A model generated the notes under the pieces. That model worked only from the letters and a program-made list of their open reading frames with translations, did not search any database and was not told the DNA's origin. From Thermofilaceae archaeon (GTDB lineage: Archaea > Thermoproteota > Thermoprotei > Thermofilales > Thermofilaceae), in the NCBI GenBank assembly GCA_038861545.1, contig JAWCCZ010000001.1, positions 448,001 to 512,000 of the forward strand: DNA of 64,000 nt, read 5' to 3'. The translations under genes and the position numbers were made by a program. Below are positions 39,806 through 49,407 of the stretch, one piece after another; position 1 is the first letter of the stretch, and each line of letters begins with the position of its first letter.

Positions 39806-40318
39806 ATGCCGAGCCCAGTAATCTCCCACTTGATAGGAACCTTAACTATGCTGGGAGTAGCTTTACTAATTTTATCCGCTTTCTCCTTCACTTACTTCAC
39901 AGCCTACATGCAGTCGGTAAACCTGATGCTGGCCGAAACAGCTGAAAGCGTAGCTAGGGAGATAGTAGAGCTGGTCTCAGTGCAGACGCTGGGTGGAGGC
40001 GAATACACATACATGTATCTAACAGTCCCCGACGCCTTGGGCAGGCAACCGTACAGCGTCAGGCTCCAAGAACTATCGGAGAACAAACTTTTAGTTAATG
40101 CTAGTTTGCAGATCTACTACCAGGTTAGGGTTGTTGTAACTCCAAACTTCGGGCAAAACCCCGTGCACGCTGTTAGAGGGGTTGTCACCGTGGCGGGTAT
40201 TCAGGTATCGGACACTATTCTGTTACCTCTTCCCTTAGGCTATAAACCCGCTATAGTAGCTTTCAGAGAGGGAGAGTATATCTACGTAGGTTTCACTGCA
40301 GTGCGGAGAGAAAGCTAA
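39806..40318 (+). CDS. Pilin-like protein without a basic leader
   Basis: Begins MPSPVISHLIG followed by a hydrophobic helix, like a mature pilin N-terminus. Confidence 0.65.
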   Translation: MPSPVISHLIGTLTMLGVALLILSAFSFTYFTAYMQSVNLMLAETAESVAREIVELVSVQTLGGGEYTYMYLTVPDALGRQPYSVRLQELSENKLLVNASLQIYYQVRVVVTPNFGQNPVHAVRGVVTVAGIQVSDTILLPLPLGYKPAIVAFREGEYIYVGFTAVRRES

Positions 40319-40360
40319 GTTAATATAGCTGTAATATAACTGTTTTAATTGGTGTAGAGG

Positions 40361-41635
40361 GTGGAGGTTACTCTAGAATACTTAGCGGTTGGTTTGCTTA
40401 TAATAGTTTTAATCCTTGTAGCTAACCAAATGATCGGTGCCTCTGTTGGGGCTCTCGAACCCGTTCGGGAAGAGCAGCTATATACTGTTGCCGAACGGGT
40501 GATGGATAAAATACTGTTAACTCCAGGTTACCCGTCTGACTGGGGGACAAACATCATGGTGACTTCTGACACTCTTCAAGACTTCGGTATAGCATTACAG
40601 GGAACCCGTTCACCTTACGTCGTCGACCCTGATAAGGTGATGCGGTTGGCTAACCTTAGCACGCTACCGAACCCGTTGCTCATGAACCGCTCCCGATTCG
40701 CGGAGCTTTTAGGCTTATCCAGGGAATACGGTTTCCGCTTTGTAATGAAACCGATGATCGGGATTCAGATCACGTCAACCGGTGTCTGCTACCCGGTTAA
40801 GCCGGGCGTCTGCTACCCCGCGGTGTTCAACGTGAGGGTGTACAACTACTACGACATAGGCTTGCCTAACGCTAACGTGACGGGAATATATGTAATCGTG
40901 AAGGTGGTCCCAGGCAATAACCCCAACGAAGGGGATTTAGAGGTAAAGAACATTTCCTCGATATCCACGTTGACTGACGCGCTGGGAATGTGCACGCTAA
41001 ACTTCTACAACTACCTCGAAGATTACTTTACCCGAGAGGGTGATAACAGAAACGTGAAATGGTACTACTCTTTCCTCGTAGTCTACGCTGAGTGGCAGGG
41101 CTTCGCCAGCGTAGCGGGCTACGCAACCACTACTCAAGGTGACGCTCCTGTTGAAGGCTACATCATAGGTAACTACATATTTGTCCACAGGGATATTGAT
41201 ATAGTTGAAGTTCGCGGGCAGGGTAAGAAAAATGCTGGCGCTGTGCATACTAAAGAGTCTCTTATACAAGTGCTTCCCTTATACGAAAGCTTGCTTAACG
41301 TAACGAAACTTGAATGGTGCCGGGATAGCTTAGGGAATTTTAGGAATGATGTCCCACTCTGTAACACTGCGGGGAGCGTGTTGCCTTCAGCTAAGCAATG
41401 GTACCTGATAGGGTACCTCGATTACGTTGAGCAGCTTTCCTCACACGTCTTCATATTCGCTAAGTATAGAGGTGACCCAGTGGCTATAGTCATAAACAGG
41501 ATACCCAATATAGATATTGGAGCCGGGGGGAGCGCACCCGCTAACTCAGTGACCGTTAGAAGGCTAGCCCAGATATTCAACTACCCTTACATAGTCGAGC
41601 TAACCATATGGCGCAAGGTTGAAGGTTACCCGTAG
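40361..41635 (+). CDS. Pilin-like/adhesin protein
   Basis: N-terminal TLEY followed by a hydrophobic helix; LLTPGYP.DW motif seen in archaeal minor pilins. Confidence 0.7.
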   Translation: MEVTLEYLAVGLLIIVLILVANQMIGASVGALEPVREEQLYTVAERVMDKILLTPGYPSDWGTNIMVTSDTLQDFGIALQGTRSPYVVDPDKVMRLANLSTLPNPLLMNRSRFAELLGLSREYGFRFVMKPMIGIQITSTGVCYPVKPGVCYPAVFNVRVYNYYDIGLPNANVTGIYVIVKVVPGNNPNEGDLEVKNISSISTLTDALGMCTLNFYNYLEDYFTREGDNRNVKWYYSFLVVYAEWQGFASVAGYATTTQGDAPVEGYIIGNYIFVHRDIDIVEVRGQGKKNAGAVHTKESLIQVLPLYESLLNVTKLEWCRDSLGNFRNDVPLCNTAGSVLPSAKQWYLIGYLDYVEQLSSHVFIFAKYRGDPVAIVINRIPNIDIGAGGSAPANSVTVRRLAQIFNYPYIVELTIWRKVEGYP

Positions 41636-42143
41636 CTCGGTGCTCATCTTGAACTATGGAAAAGGTCAGACTAGGGTAATCGAAGTAGTGTTAGCTACGT
41701 TCATAGTCGTCGCCGTGATAATTATGGTAATGTCTTTTACTAGACCTTTAAAGAGCGTGTACATTAGGGAGACAAGCGACCTCCGTAGGCTGGCTTACAA
41801 TCTCCTCAACAATATGGCGGAAGCCGGAATATATGAAAGGGTTGTTGGACCAGCCCTCCTCAGTGGGTCGGCTGGGTGGAACGATACTCTCAACTTCTTC
41901 ATAATGAGTAACCTTCCCCCAGGGCTAGTATACTACATGAGCGTTAGCAAGGTGGACTTTGATTACAGCAATGGAGCGGTGACTTTCGTGCCGTTAGGCT
42001 ACGTAGCCAATCCACCGGACTTCTATAGTAAACCGCTTTACGAAGCTGAAAGCTTGAAATTCACGTACGTATGTACAAGTGACCCGGACTCTGTCAGAGC
42101 AACGGTGCTCTATATTGAGTTTACTATAGGCTACTCGGGGTGA
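41619..42143 (+). CDS. Type IV pilin-like protein (minor pilin)
   Basis: Class III signal KG|QTRVIEVVLA. Confidence 0.75.
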   Translation: MKVTRSSVLILNYGKGQTRVIEVVLATFIVVAVIIMVMSFTRPLKSVYIRETSDLRRLAYNLLNNMAEAGIYERVVGPALLSGSAGWNDTLNFFIMSNLPPGLVYYMSVSKVDFDYSNGAVTFVPLGYVANPPDFYSKPLYEAESLKFTYVCTSDPDSVRATVLYIEFTIGYSG

Positions 42144-42147
42144 GCAT

Positions 42148-44526
42148 GTGAGCCGGCTTAAATTCTCTCCTAAGAAGCGGAGGGGGCAGATACTCGTAGC
42201 CACGGTTCTCATGCTAGCGCTCTTTGTGATGTCGGTTCTCGTGTCAGTGTATGAGGCCCATGTATCATTTCTGCGGACTAGAAGCCCTGTTGTAAGAGAA
42301 GTCGTCGCTAGCATAACTGCGGATTTCAAGCGCGCGTTAGCCACGATGCTAGCCGTAGCGACCCGCGCTTACTTCAACTACTCAGAGTTCATCGATTTAA
42401 CCGGTAGATTCAGTGAAATGGGGTTAAACTATGGTAGCAGGCACAACTTTACGATCGCCCGCGCTATCGCGTTAACGTACCTGGAGTACTGGCGCCAAGC
42501 TGTAACCAAAGCTTACGGCGAATACGGGATGCAGATCTCATATGAGATACTAACACTGGATATATCGAAAGACTTGGGGAGACCTAGAAATGTGTACGAT
42601 TTAATGAAGGGTTACTGGTACATGACTAGCTCCGGCAGCTACGCTTACGCTAAGCTGAAAATGAACATCACGGCGCTCGGGTTTTACAACTGGGAAAGTG
42701 ATGTACTTGTCGGCTTAACGCTTTCCGTCGTGAAAAGCGGTGTCGACAATGTAACCATTACTGTGAAGTACGACGGCGACATCGACTACTCAACCAATCC
42801 ACCCCAGGTTAAAGGGGTTCCATATGAAAAGCTTCTCGCTCGAGGCAAAGTCTGGATATACATACCCGAGGAGGATTCAGCAGGCAGATATACAGGAGGC
42901 TGGAAGAAAGCTAAGATTAAGGACGTTTCATACATTGGAATGGGTAACTACACTATAAAGTTTGAACCTGCGGTTAGGATGATCACGGACCCATCAACCG
43001 GGCGGCAGTTCGCGCCTTTAATGGTGGTAATCTCCGATGAGCGGGGCATAATAGTGGAAGGTGCAACGTATAATTATATCGTTTTCAAGATAAAGAGAAA
43101 CACTCCAGATACCTTAATCTACTATGATAAAAATGGAGATAAGCAGACAATAGCCAGGCCATCTGACATTAGTAACGAAGTATATACGCTTGAGCTTAGC
43201 TCTAACTTATCCGTGTACTGGCTAGGTGTAAAGCTCGCTATAGATCAGATCCAGGACAAGTGGCTCCCACCGTTCCCTTTAATCCCTATAAAACAGATTA
43301 GGGTGAGCGTAAGTAGCGATGGAACACTCAACACGCTTAACGAGGGATCAATTCAATACGAGAATTGGACCGTGGTTAACTGGCGCGGCTTGAATGTGAA
43401 CTGGCCAATTGGGCTCTCTGATCCTCAAATGGATTTCGTTAAAGGGGAGAAGTACAACACTAGACTCGTTTTTCAAGTTAGATTCCCAACTACGAGTATC
43501 CGATATCAGTATGTGGCTCTCTGGTGGCATGATGATCTAGACGCGCAGCCCGCACAGTACCCTACACAGATAGAGTACAAGCGTGATGCAATTCATAAAG
43601 ATATCTGGCACCCACTATACGATGTGGAGTTCGTTGATACAGAACACCAGCAATCTAGAGGCTACACCGACTATAGAGGCGTAGCAGCGTTTGTATTGAG
43701 AGACCCTTACACTGACGATGCGTTTGGACCCTATAACCTCCACGCATTTGACGTGTACCAGAGTAAGCTAGGCCGCTACAGACCTTACGGTACTTGGACG
43801 GTATACTACAATTACATGAGGTATTCTTGGATTAAAGCACCGATTAGAATTTTCGCGACTCTTAATACAACCGGTGTTGGGAATGTTTACCAGAGTGGTG
43901 ATGTTAGGACAGACTACTACGACACGCTAGCTATAGTGCAAGTAATCAACGGTACGCGCTACATACCCGTTATCACCTACATATATTGGAAGAACTCCAG
44001 AAGCGGGGATGGCTATTGGCTTAGCACCGAAATGGGGAAAGGTATAGCCGAGATGTTCCTATACTTCACAGCAGGTTTACAAGCCGTAGGAGGGCAAACG
44101 CGGGCAAACTGGACCTACAACTCACCTTTCCAATGGGTAGAAAATCCCTCTGTTGAGTGTTACGGGGATCCGGGTTTCATAGTCTCGCACTGGAGCGGTA
44201 CTGCGAATATCGGTAGAGCAGTGATATTGAACTGGATGGGGGTAAACCTTTTAAGGAATGTTGGAGGCTCAAGTGCTCGCTTCTGTGTAACAAAGTATGC
44301 TCCAGGTGGAACGAGACAGGGCTCAGTCGAATATGCGTTCTGGCCATACGATCAAGAGAAATCCGTAAGTCAAGGACTCATATTAAGTTTCTGGAGTGTT
44401 ATTTTTGATTTCAAAAAATCAGGTACAGGTTTTCTAAACCGTGACGATAATACTATGTGGCAAAACGCCTACATCTACGCTCCAATGTTCCTCGAAAAAT
44501 ATACTCCTACAGTCGTTAAGCCTTAG
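42148..44526 (+). CDS. Large pilin-like adhesin (792 aa)
   Basis: Class III signal KKRRG|QILVATVLML; aromatic-rich extracellular body with many NxS/T sequons. Confidence 0.75.
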   Translation: MSRLKFSPKKRRGQILVATVLMLALFVMSVLVSVYEAHVSFLRTRSPVVREVVASITADFKRALATMLAVATRAYFNYSEFIDLTGRFSEMGLNYGSRHNFTIARAIALTYLEYWRQAVTKAYGEYGMQISYEILTLDISKDLGRPRNVYDLMKGYWYMTSSGSYAYAKLKMNITALGFYNWESDVLVGLTLSVVKSGVDNVTITVKYDGDIDYSTNPPQVKGVPYEKLLARGKVWIYIPEEDSAGRYTGGWKKAKIKDVSYIGMGNYTIKFEPAVRMITDPSTGRQFAPLMVVISDERGIIVEGATYNYIVFKIKRNTPDTLIYYDKNGDKQTIARPSDISNEVYTLELSSNLSVYWLGVKLAIDQIQDKWLPPFPLIPIKQIRVSVSSDGTLNTLNEGSIQYENWTVVNWRGLNVNWPIGLSDPQMDFVKGEKYNTRLVFQVRFPTTSIRYQYVALWWHDDLDAQPAQYPTQIEYKRDAIHKDIWHPLYDVEFVDTEHQQSRGYTDYRGVAAFVLRDPYTDDAFGPYNLHAFDVYQSKLGRYRPYGTWTVYYNYMRYSWIKAPIRIFATLNTTGVGNVYQSGDVRTDYYDTLAIVQVINGTRYIPVITYIYWKNSRSGDGYWLSTEMGKGIAEMFLYFTAGLQAVGGQTRANWTYNSPFQWVENPSVECYGDPGFIVSHWSGTANIGRAVILNWMGVNLLRNVGGSSARFCVTKYAPGGTRQGSVEYAFWPYDQEKSVSQGLILSFWSVIFDFKKSGTGFLNRDDNTMWQNAYIYAPMFLEKYTPTVVKP

Positions 44527-44559
44527 TAGTTGTATATGGAATTGGGCCTTATTTAAAGA

Positions 44560-46368
44560 TTACAGCTTTGGCATTAAACCAGTGGTAACTGCTGGGGCAA
44601 TGAGCATCGCTACCAGATTAGATAATGTTAGGAAAAGCGCATGCTTGAATCCGGCTGCAACTCTCTCAGAGCTGATTTTTCCTGCGGCGAGGCCCATCAA
44701 GTAGCTGTTAAGGACTACTGGAGGCAGAAACATATTTATTAGCTGGGCTTCAGAAATAGTTGCACCGGCGAATTTCATTAGCGAGCCCATGAAGCTGACT
44801 ATGATGAGTACTACGACAGTGATTATGATGGAGCCAACATAGGGCATTAATATTAAAGGCCTTAAAGCCCTAGCTTTTTCTTTCTCCACCTGCTCTAAGG
44901 TTTCCGCGTAGCTGGCTAACGCTTCAAGTGTCTGCGGGGTGCCTCCACCCACTTCAATGCTTTCTGTTAACAAGTACATTGAAATTAAAGCAAACCAATT
45001 TTTCATACCCCGAGAGAAACGTTCGAAAATTTTGCTTAAAGGTACTCCCCATCCAACTTGCTTGGCGATATCCTTCAGGTATAATGTAAACTTTCCGTAA
45101 TCTCTATTCCTTAAATTTATAATACATTTTTCAGGGGACATTCCGGTTTTTCTCACCTCTACTAAATCTCTTAGGAAGCGGGTTAACCCATATTGGATAC
45201 CACCGAACTTAGCGGCCGAGTGAGTTTCAATGATCATCGCAGGTAGAAGGCCAACTGACAGCGGTATTATCACACCAACCCCACTCTCATAGCCTTTCTC
45301 AAACCCTAAAGCTGTTGTCAGGAATTTGTTTAGCATAACAAGAGGTGCAAATATGGATGAGAGGACTCCGGCTAAAGGTTGGGGAAGCATGAAGGGTAAC
45401 CCCATACCTATGAATAAGATCAGCGTGAGCGGGATACCTATTGAAAAGTAGACAATATAAGCTTTAGTATCGTAAACTGGATATCTTGGTTGCATGAGAT
45501 CAGCTAGGTAGATGAATAAGCCAGACATCATCGGCATAAAAATATATGAGAACAGCATGAACTGGAACTCCCCCCCAGCGAGCCCCATTCCCGCCTGTGC
45601 GAGCGCCATGTTTACCACATACATTACATAAATAGTCATCGAGGTGAGCAACACCATAGCCATATACGATTCCAGCAGCATCCCTATTCGTTCGCCAGCC
45701 ATTCGAACCTGCGTAACCCTTTCCCGAAGCATAACTTCGGTTTGTCTCTGGAGATAGTGGACAACGTCGCCGCCAGCTCTCAGCGTGGCCGCGTAACCCA
45801 GCATTAACTGCTTGTACCCACCATGAGGTGTACGTTGAGCTCCCTCTTCAATCGCAGAAAGCGGGTCGTAGCCCATAGCACGAACCCTAAGGAAGAACCG
45901 CATTGCTTCTTTCTTAACTTCCCTGAATAAAACCGCCGGCGCCTTAGCTAGCCGCTCAAAGCTTGTGTAGGGTGAGATACCGCCAGTCGCCATCACTGTA
46001 ACGTACACAGAAAGGTATGGTACCTCTAAGTCGAAGCTGCTAGTTCTATTGCTTACTTTCATTTTGGGGTATACGATCCCTATGCCAAACACTACGAAAG
46101 CGGCTAGCAGCGGGATTAGCGATGATACCGCGATGGCCTGTATGAAGGCTAGGAAGCCGACTTGCGCTAGTAGAAGTGAGAGAGGCGTAGCTACAGCAGC
46201 CCCAGCTATAGCAGCTATAATAGAAAATAAAACAACTTTTGCAGCATAAGCCGAGGGGTACACTTTCATGTCGGCTGACACAATGTCGTTTCGCAGCCAT
46301 GGGAACATCCGAGCTAGCGATTCTCCTGCCCAACTAAATAACGAGTACGCGAGGCTCTCTAAACTCAC
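44560..46368 (-). CDS. Type IV pilus membrane platform protein (TadC/FlaJ/T2SSF, two-domain)
   Basis: Two repeats of the T2SSF pattern (MATGGISP...F / FLRDL.E..KTGMS; ESIEVGGG) with multiple TM helices. Confidence 0.9.
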   Translation of the reverse strand: MSLESLAYSLFSWAGESLARMFPWLRNDIVSADMKVYPSAYAAKVVLFSIIAAIAGAAVATPLSLLLAQVGFLAFIQAIAVSSLIPLLAAFVVFGIGIVYPKMKVSNRTSSFDLEVPYLSVYVTVMATGGISPYTSFERLAKAPAVLFREVKKEAMRFFLRVRAMGYDPLSAIEEGAQRTPHGGYKQLMLGYAATLRAGGDVVHYLQRQTEVMLRERVTQVRMAGERIGMLLESYMAMVLLTSMTIYVMYVVNMALAQAGMGLAGGEFQFMLFSYIFMPMMSGLFIYLADLMQPRYPVYDTKAYIVYFSIGIPLTLILFIGMGLPFMLPQPLAGVLSSIFAPLVMLNKFLTTALGFEKGYESGVGVIIPLSVGLLPAMIIETHSAAKFGGIQYGLTRFLRDLVEVRKTGMSPEKCIINLRNRDYGKFTLYLKDIAKQVGWGVPLSKIFERFSRGMKNWFALISMYLLTESIEVGGGTPQTLEALASYAETLEQVEKEKARALRPLILMPYVGSIIITVVVLIIVSFMGSLMKFAGATISEAQLINMFLPPVVLNSYLMGLAAGKISSERVAAGFKHALFLTLSNLVAMLIAPAVTTGLMPKL

Positions 46369-46386
46369 ACTCCTATAATGTAGTTG

Positions 46387-46492
46387 AGTTATATATTCTT
46401 CACGCTAAACTTCGCTTGAAAAGGTGATTCTGGCTATAAATCGGAGGCCGTATTGACATTGAGGCGCAGAGGACACGCTATAGTTATATATT
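46387..46492. promoter_or_regulatory. Divergent TATA promoters for the platform and ATPase genes
   Basis: Identical AGTTATATATT at 46387-46397 and 46482-46492, each about 20-35 nt from a start codon. Confidence 0.5.
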
Positions 46493-46518
46493 ACCGACTT
46501 AACTTACATTGAGTTAGT

Positions 46519-48612
46519 GTGAGCGCCCAAGCTATTGAGAAAGAAGCTGGAGGGGGAAAAGCCAAAAAGGAGAAGGTTAAAAGTCAGAATAAAAAAGCCA
46601 AAAAGGAAAGATCTAAAAAGAAGGTTGAGGAAAAAACCGGAGAGGAGAAGGCTGGAGATGGTGTAAGTTTCCTACCGCTTAAAGAGCACTACAAAATCCT
46701 TGAAGAGTACTGGGTGGCTGAACCGTACGCTAAAGTCAAAATCGCTGAAATACCAGAGCTGGGAAATCAGCGGATGTACTTCGTCGAAGAAGTACAGCTA
46801 GCAAAGGGGGAGAAAAGCGTTCTAGGGAAGCTGATCGATATCCTGGCGGTCGAGCTTGAACCTCCAGCTTCGTTCGATGTGGATCTGAGGGAGCATATAG
46901 TCAAGGAAGCTAGGAGGCTTGCAGAGAAGTACCGGGCAGTCGCACGCGGCTTAAGCGAGGAAAGCTGGAATAGAGTGCTCTATTATGTTGAAAGAGACCT
47001 TGTCGGATATGGTCCGATAGAAGTTCTGATGCGTGACTACAAACTGGAGGATGTCTCCTGCGACGGTGTTGACAGGCCCATACACGTCTGGCACAGGGAT
47101 TACGAGTCCATCCCTACGAACATCGTTTTCAGGGACAGGGACACGTTGAGAGAGTTCATTGTGAAGATCACTCACATGTCCGGGAAGCATATCTCAGCCG
47201 CTTTCCCTATTGTGGACGCTATGCTCCCTGGTAGGCACCGGCTTGCAGCAACCTACGGTGAAGAGGTATCCCCGAAGGGTAGCACGTTCACGATTAGGAA
47301 GTTCAGGGAAAGGCCTTTCTCAGTCGTCGAGCTAGTCGAAACGGGTAACATCGACTCGTGGACCGCTGCTTACCTATGGTTGATGATCGAAAATAAAATG
47401 ACCGTCATGGTGATCGGAGCCACGGCCGCGGGTAAAACCACGTTCCTCAACGCAATCGCTAACTTCTTTAAGCCGGGCTTTAAGATTGTCACTATTGAGG
47501 AGACCCCTGAGCTGAACCTACCCCACGAGAATTGGGTCCAGCTGGTTAGCAGGGAGAGTTACGGCCTCGGCGAATCAAAGGTCGGCGAGATCTCGCTTTA
47601 CGACCTTGTAAGGCTCTCGCTTAGGTATAGGCCCGACTATATCATCGTCGGCGAAGTCAGGGGCTCCGAGGCTTTCGTCCTCTTCCAAGCGATGGCGACG
47701 GGGCATGGCGGTATGAGCACGATGCATGCCGATTCACTTGAAGCCGCTGTTAGGAGGCTTACGAGCCCGCCGATGAACGTGGCACCTGCATACATTCCGG
47801 CGTTGAACGTAGCGTGCTACGTGGAGAGGACTATTCTCCCGGACGGGCGGGTCGGTAGGAGGATGAGGCACCTTTGGGAGGTAGAAGACTACCAGAAGTA
47901 CAGGGAGATTGTCCGCTGGGACCCAGTTAGGGACACGCACGTGGTCGTTGGCGGCAGTACTCATGCGGGCTTTGTTGCCACGAGGTTGGGCAAAAGCGTA
48001 GACGAAGTATTCGAGGAGATCGAGCGGAGAAGACAAGTTCTCGAGTGGTTAAAGATGAAAGGCGTTAAAGATACAAAAGACGTATTCATCTGGATAAACC
48101 GCTACTACATGAACCCCAAGGAGGTGTACGAGCTAGCCCGCAGCGAGCTTGAGCAGCTCAAGGTGAAACCCGCGCCACCCATTGTAGCACCATCAGCGCC
48201 TTCAGCACACGTACCCGTAGTGGCTCCATCAGCCGCGGCGCAAGTCGCTCAACCGATCGCAAGGCCTGTTCTAGCTAAACAAACCTCAGAGGTAGATCCC
48301 CTTCAAGCGCTTCGATCTCTCCCAAGAGCAATACAGGTTAGAAGAGGGGCAGCAGCATCTGAGCCGATAATGATCAGCAAAGAGGCGCTTACAGTGCTTA
48401 AAGCTCTTGGAGGGCTGGGCGGGGTAGCGGATAGGGAAACTCTCCGCTCCTCGGCGGGGCTAGCCTACAACGTATATACTAAAGCTATCTCTGAGCTTGC
48501 GCAGAGAAGGCTTGTTGAAATTGCAGTAAGCTACTCGGGTGGATCCCCTAAAGTCAGCTACAGGTTAACGGAGCTTGGCGAAAGACAGCTTGAAGCGCTG
48601 CCACCCGAATAG
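46519..48612 (+). CDS. Type IV pilus assembly ATPase (VirB11/FlaI family) with C-terminal wHTH
   Basis: EDVSCDG, FTIRKF, Walker A GATAAGKTT, TIEETPE, LRYRPDYIIVGEVRG.EA, TGH...TMHA. Confidence 0.95.
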   Translation: MSAQAIEKEAGGGKAKKEKVKSQNKKAKKERSKKKVEEKTGEEKAGDGVSFLPLKEHYKILEEYWVAEPYAKVKIAEIPELGNQRMYFVEEVQLAKGEKSVLGKLIDILAVELEPPASFDVDLREHIVKEARRLAEKYRAVARGLSEESWNRVLYYVERDLVGYGPIEVLMRDYKLEDVSCDGVDRPIHVWHRDYESIPTNIVFRDRDTLREFIVKITHMSGKHISAAFPIVDAMLPGRHRLAATYGEEVSPKGSTFTIRKFRERPFSVVELVETGNIDSWTAAYLWLMIENKMTVMVIGATAAGKTTFLNAIANFFKPGFKIVTIEETPELNLPHENWVQLVSRESYGLGESKVGEISLYDLVRLSLRYRPDYIIVGEVRGSEAFVLFQAMATGHGGMSTMHADSLEAAVRRLTSPPMNVAPAYIPALNVACYVERTILPDGRVGRRMRHLWEVEDYQKYREIVRWDPVRDTHVVVGGSTHAGFVATRLGKSVDEVFEEIERRRQVLEWLKMKGVKDTKDVFIWINRYYMNPKEVYELARSELEQLKVKPAPPIVAPSAPSAHVPVVAPSAAAQVAQPIARPVLAKQTSEVDPLQALRSLPRAIQVRRGAAASEPIMISKEALTVLKALGGLGGVADRETLRSSAGLAYNVYTKAISELAQRRLVEIAVSYSGGSPKVSYRLTELGERQLEALPPE

Positions 48613-48664
48613 TACTGGTAACCGATTACAATCATAAAAAATGTTGGTTTCCCGCTATTACATG

Positions 48665-48678
48665 CGAAAAATATAAAT
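48665..48678 (+). promoter_or_regulatory. BRE-TATA promoter of the major pilin gene
   Basis: CGAAAAATATAAAT ending about 30 nt before ATG 48709. Confidence 0.55.
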
Positions 48679-48708
48679 TACAGTGTTCTTCTGATATTAT
48701 GAGAAGAC

Positions 48709-49164
48709 ATGATTAGGAGGAAGGCTATAAGCCCGGTTATCGCCACCGTGATTATCGTTGCAGTCACAATCGCTGTAGCGATAGCCGTAGCCTTCTGGAT
48801 GACCGGCATAGTCGGATTATTCACGGCAACTGAGAGATTAGAAATCACATCCGCTTTCGTTCAGTCTACTCAAAGTGGATGGACGATTACCATGACTGTC
48901 AAAAACACAGGTACGACGCCAACAAGCATCGACTATATAGTAGTTAACGGGGTAAATCTTGAGGATCCCGCCTGTGGCGGTGTGACTCTAAGTGCAGGAA
49001 CATTACCGCTGGCGATAAACCCCGGAACCGATGCGAACCTAGCCATAGATATTACTAGTGGGGGAACGTGTGGAGCTACCACGTTCTCCGCTGGAGTAAG
49101 TATTGAGTTAAAGCTTCACAGCACTGGAGGTAAAGAATACCCGAAGCTACTGGTGTTACCGTAA
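48709..49164 (+). CDS. Major type IV pilin
   Basis: Canonical class III signal MIRRKA|ISPVIATVIIVAVTIAVA; VKNTG; own promoter and T-tract terminator. Confidence 0.9.
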   Translation: MIRRKAISPVIATVIIVAVTIAVAIAVAFWMTGIVGLFTATERLEITSAFVQSTQSGWTITMTVKNTGTTPTSIDYIVVNGVNLEDPACGGVTLSAGTLPLAINPGTDANLAIDITSGGTCGATTFSAGVSIELKLHSTGGKEYPKLLVLP

Positions 49165-49192
49165 GTTCATGTAGCTAAGATTTAAATAAAAG

Positions 49193-49206
49193 TTTTTTAT
49201 TTTTTT
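49193..49206 (+). terminator. Oligo-T terminator
   Basis: TTTTTTATTTTTTT about 30 nt after the pilin stop codon. Confidence 0.4.
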
Positions 49207-49407
49207 AACGATATTAACGTGGGCGGATTATTTGGTTTAACATTATTAGGGAATCGCGTTTATATAAATAGTAAATCCACCTATATGTTTGATTAAATTT
49301 ACTTCAAATGCTAGGTGTACATGGGTTGACTTTTTTAAAAGTTTATCTCGTTTTTCCATGTATTTCAAACACGTTAATGCTTTAATCATGGCTTCCTTTT
49401 CCAGACT

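Noticed and set aside
44560-49164. Archaellum operon
   Set aside because: No FlaH/FlaF/FlaG/FlaX; the filament subunit is a 151-aa pilin type
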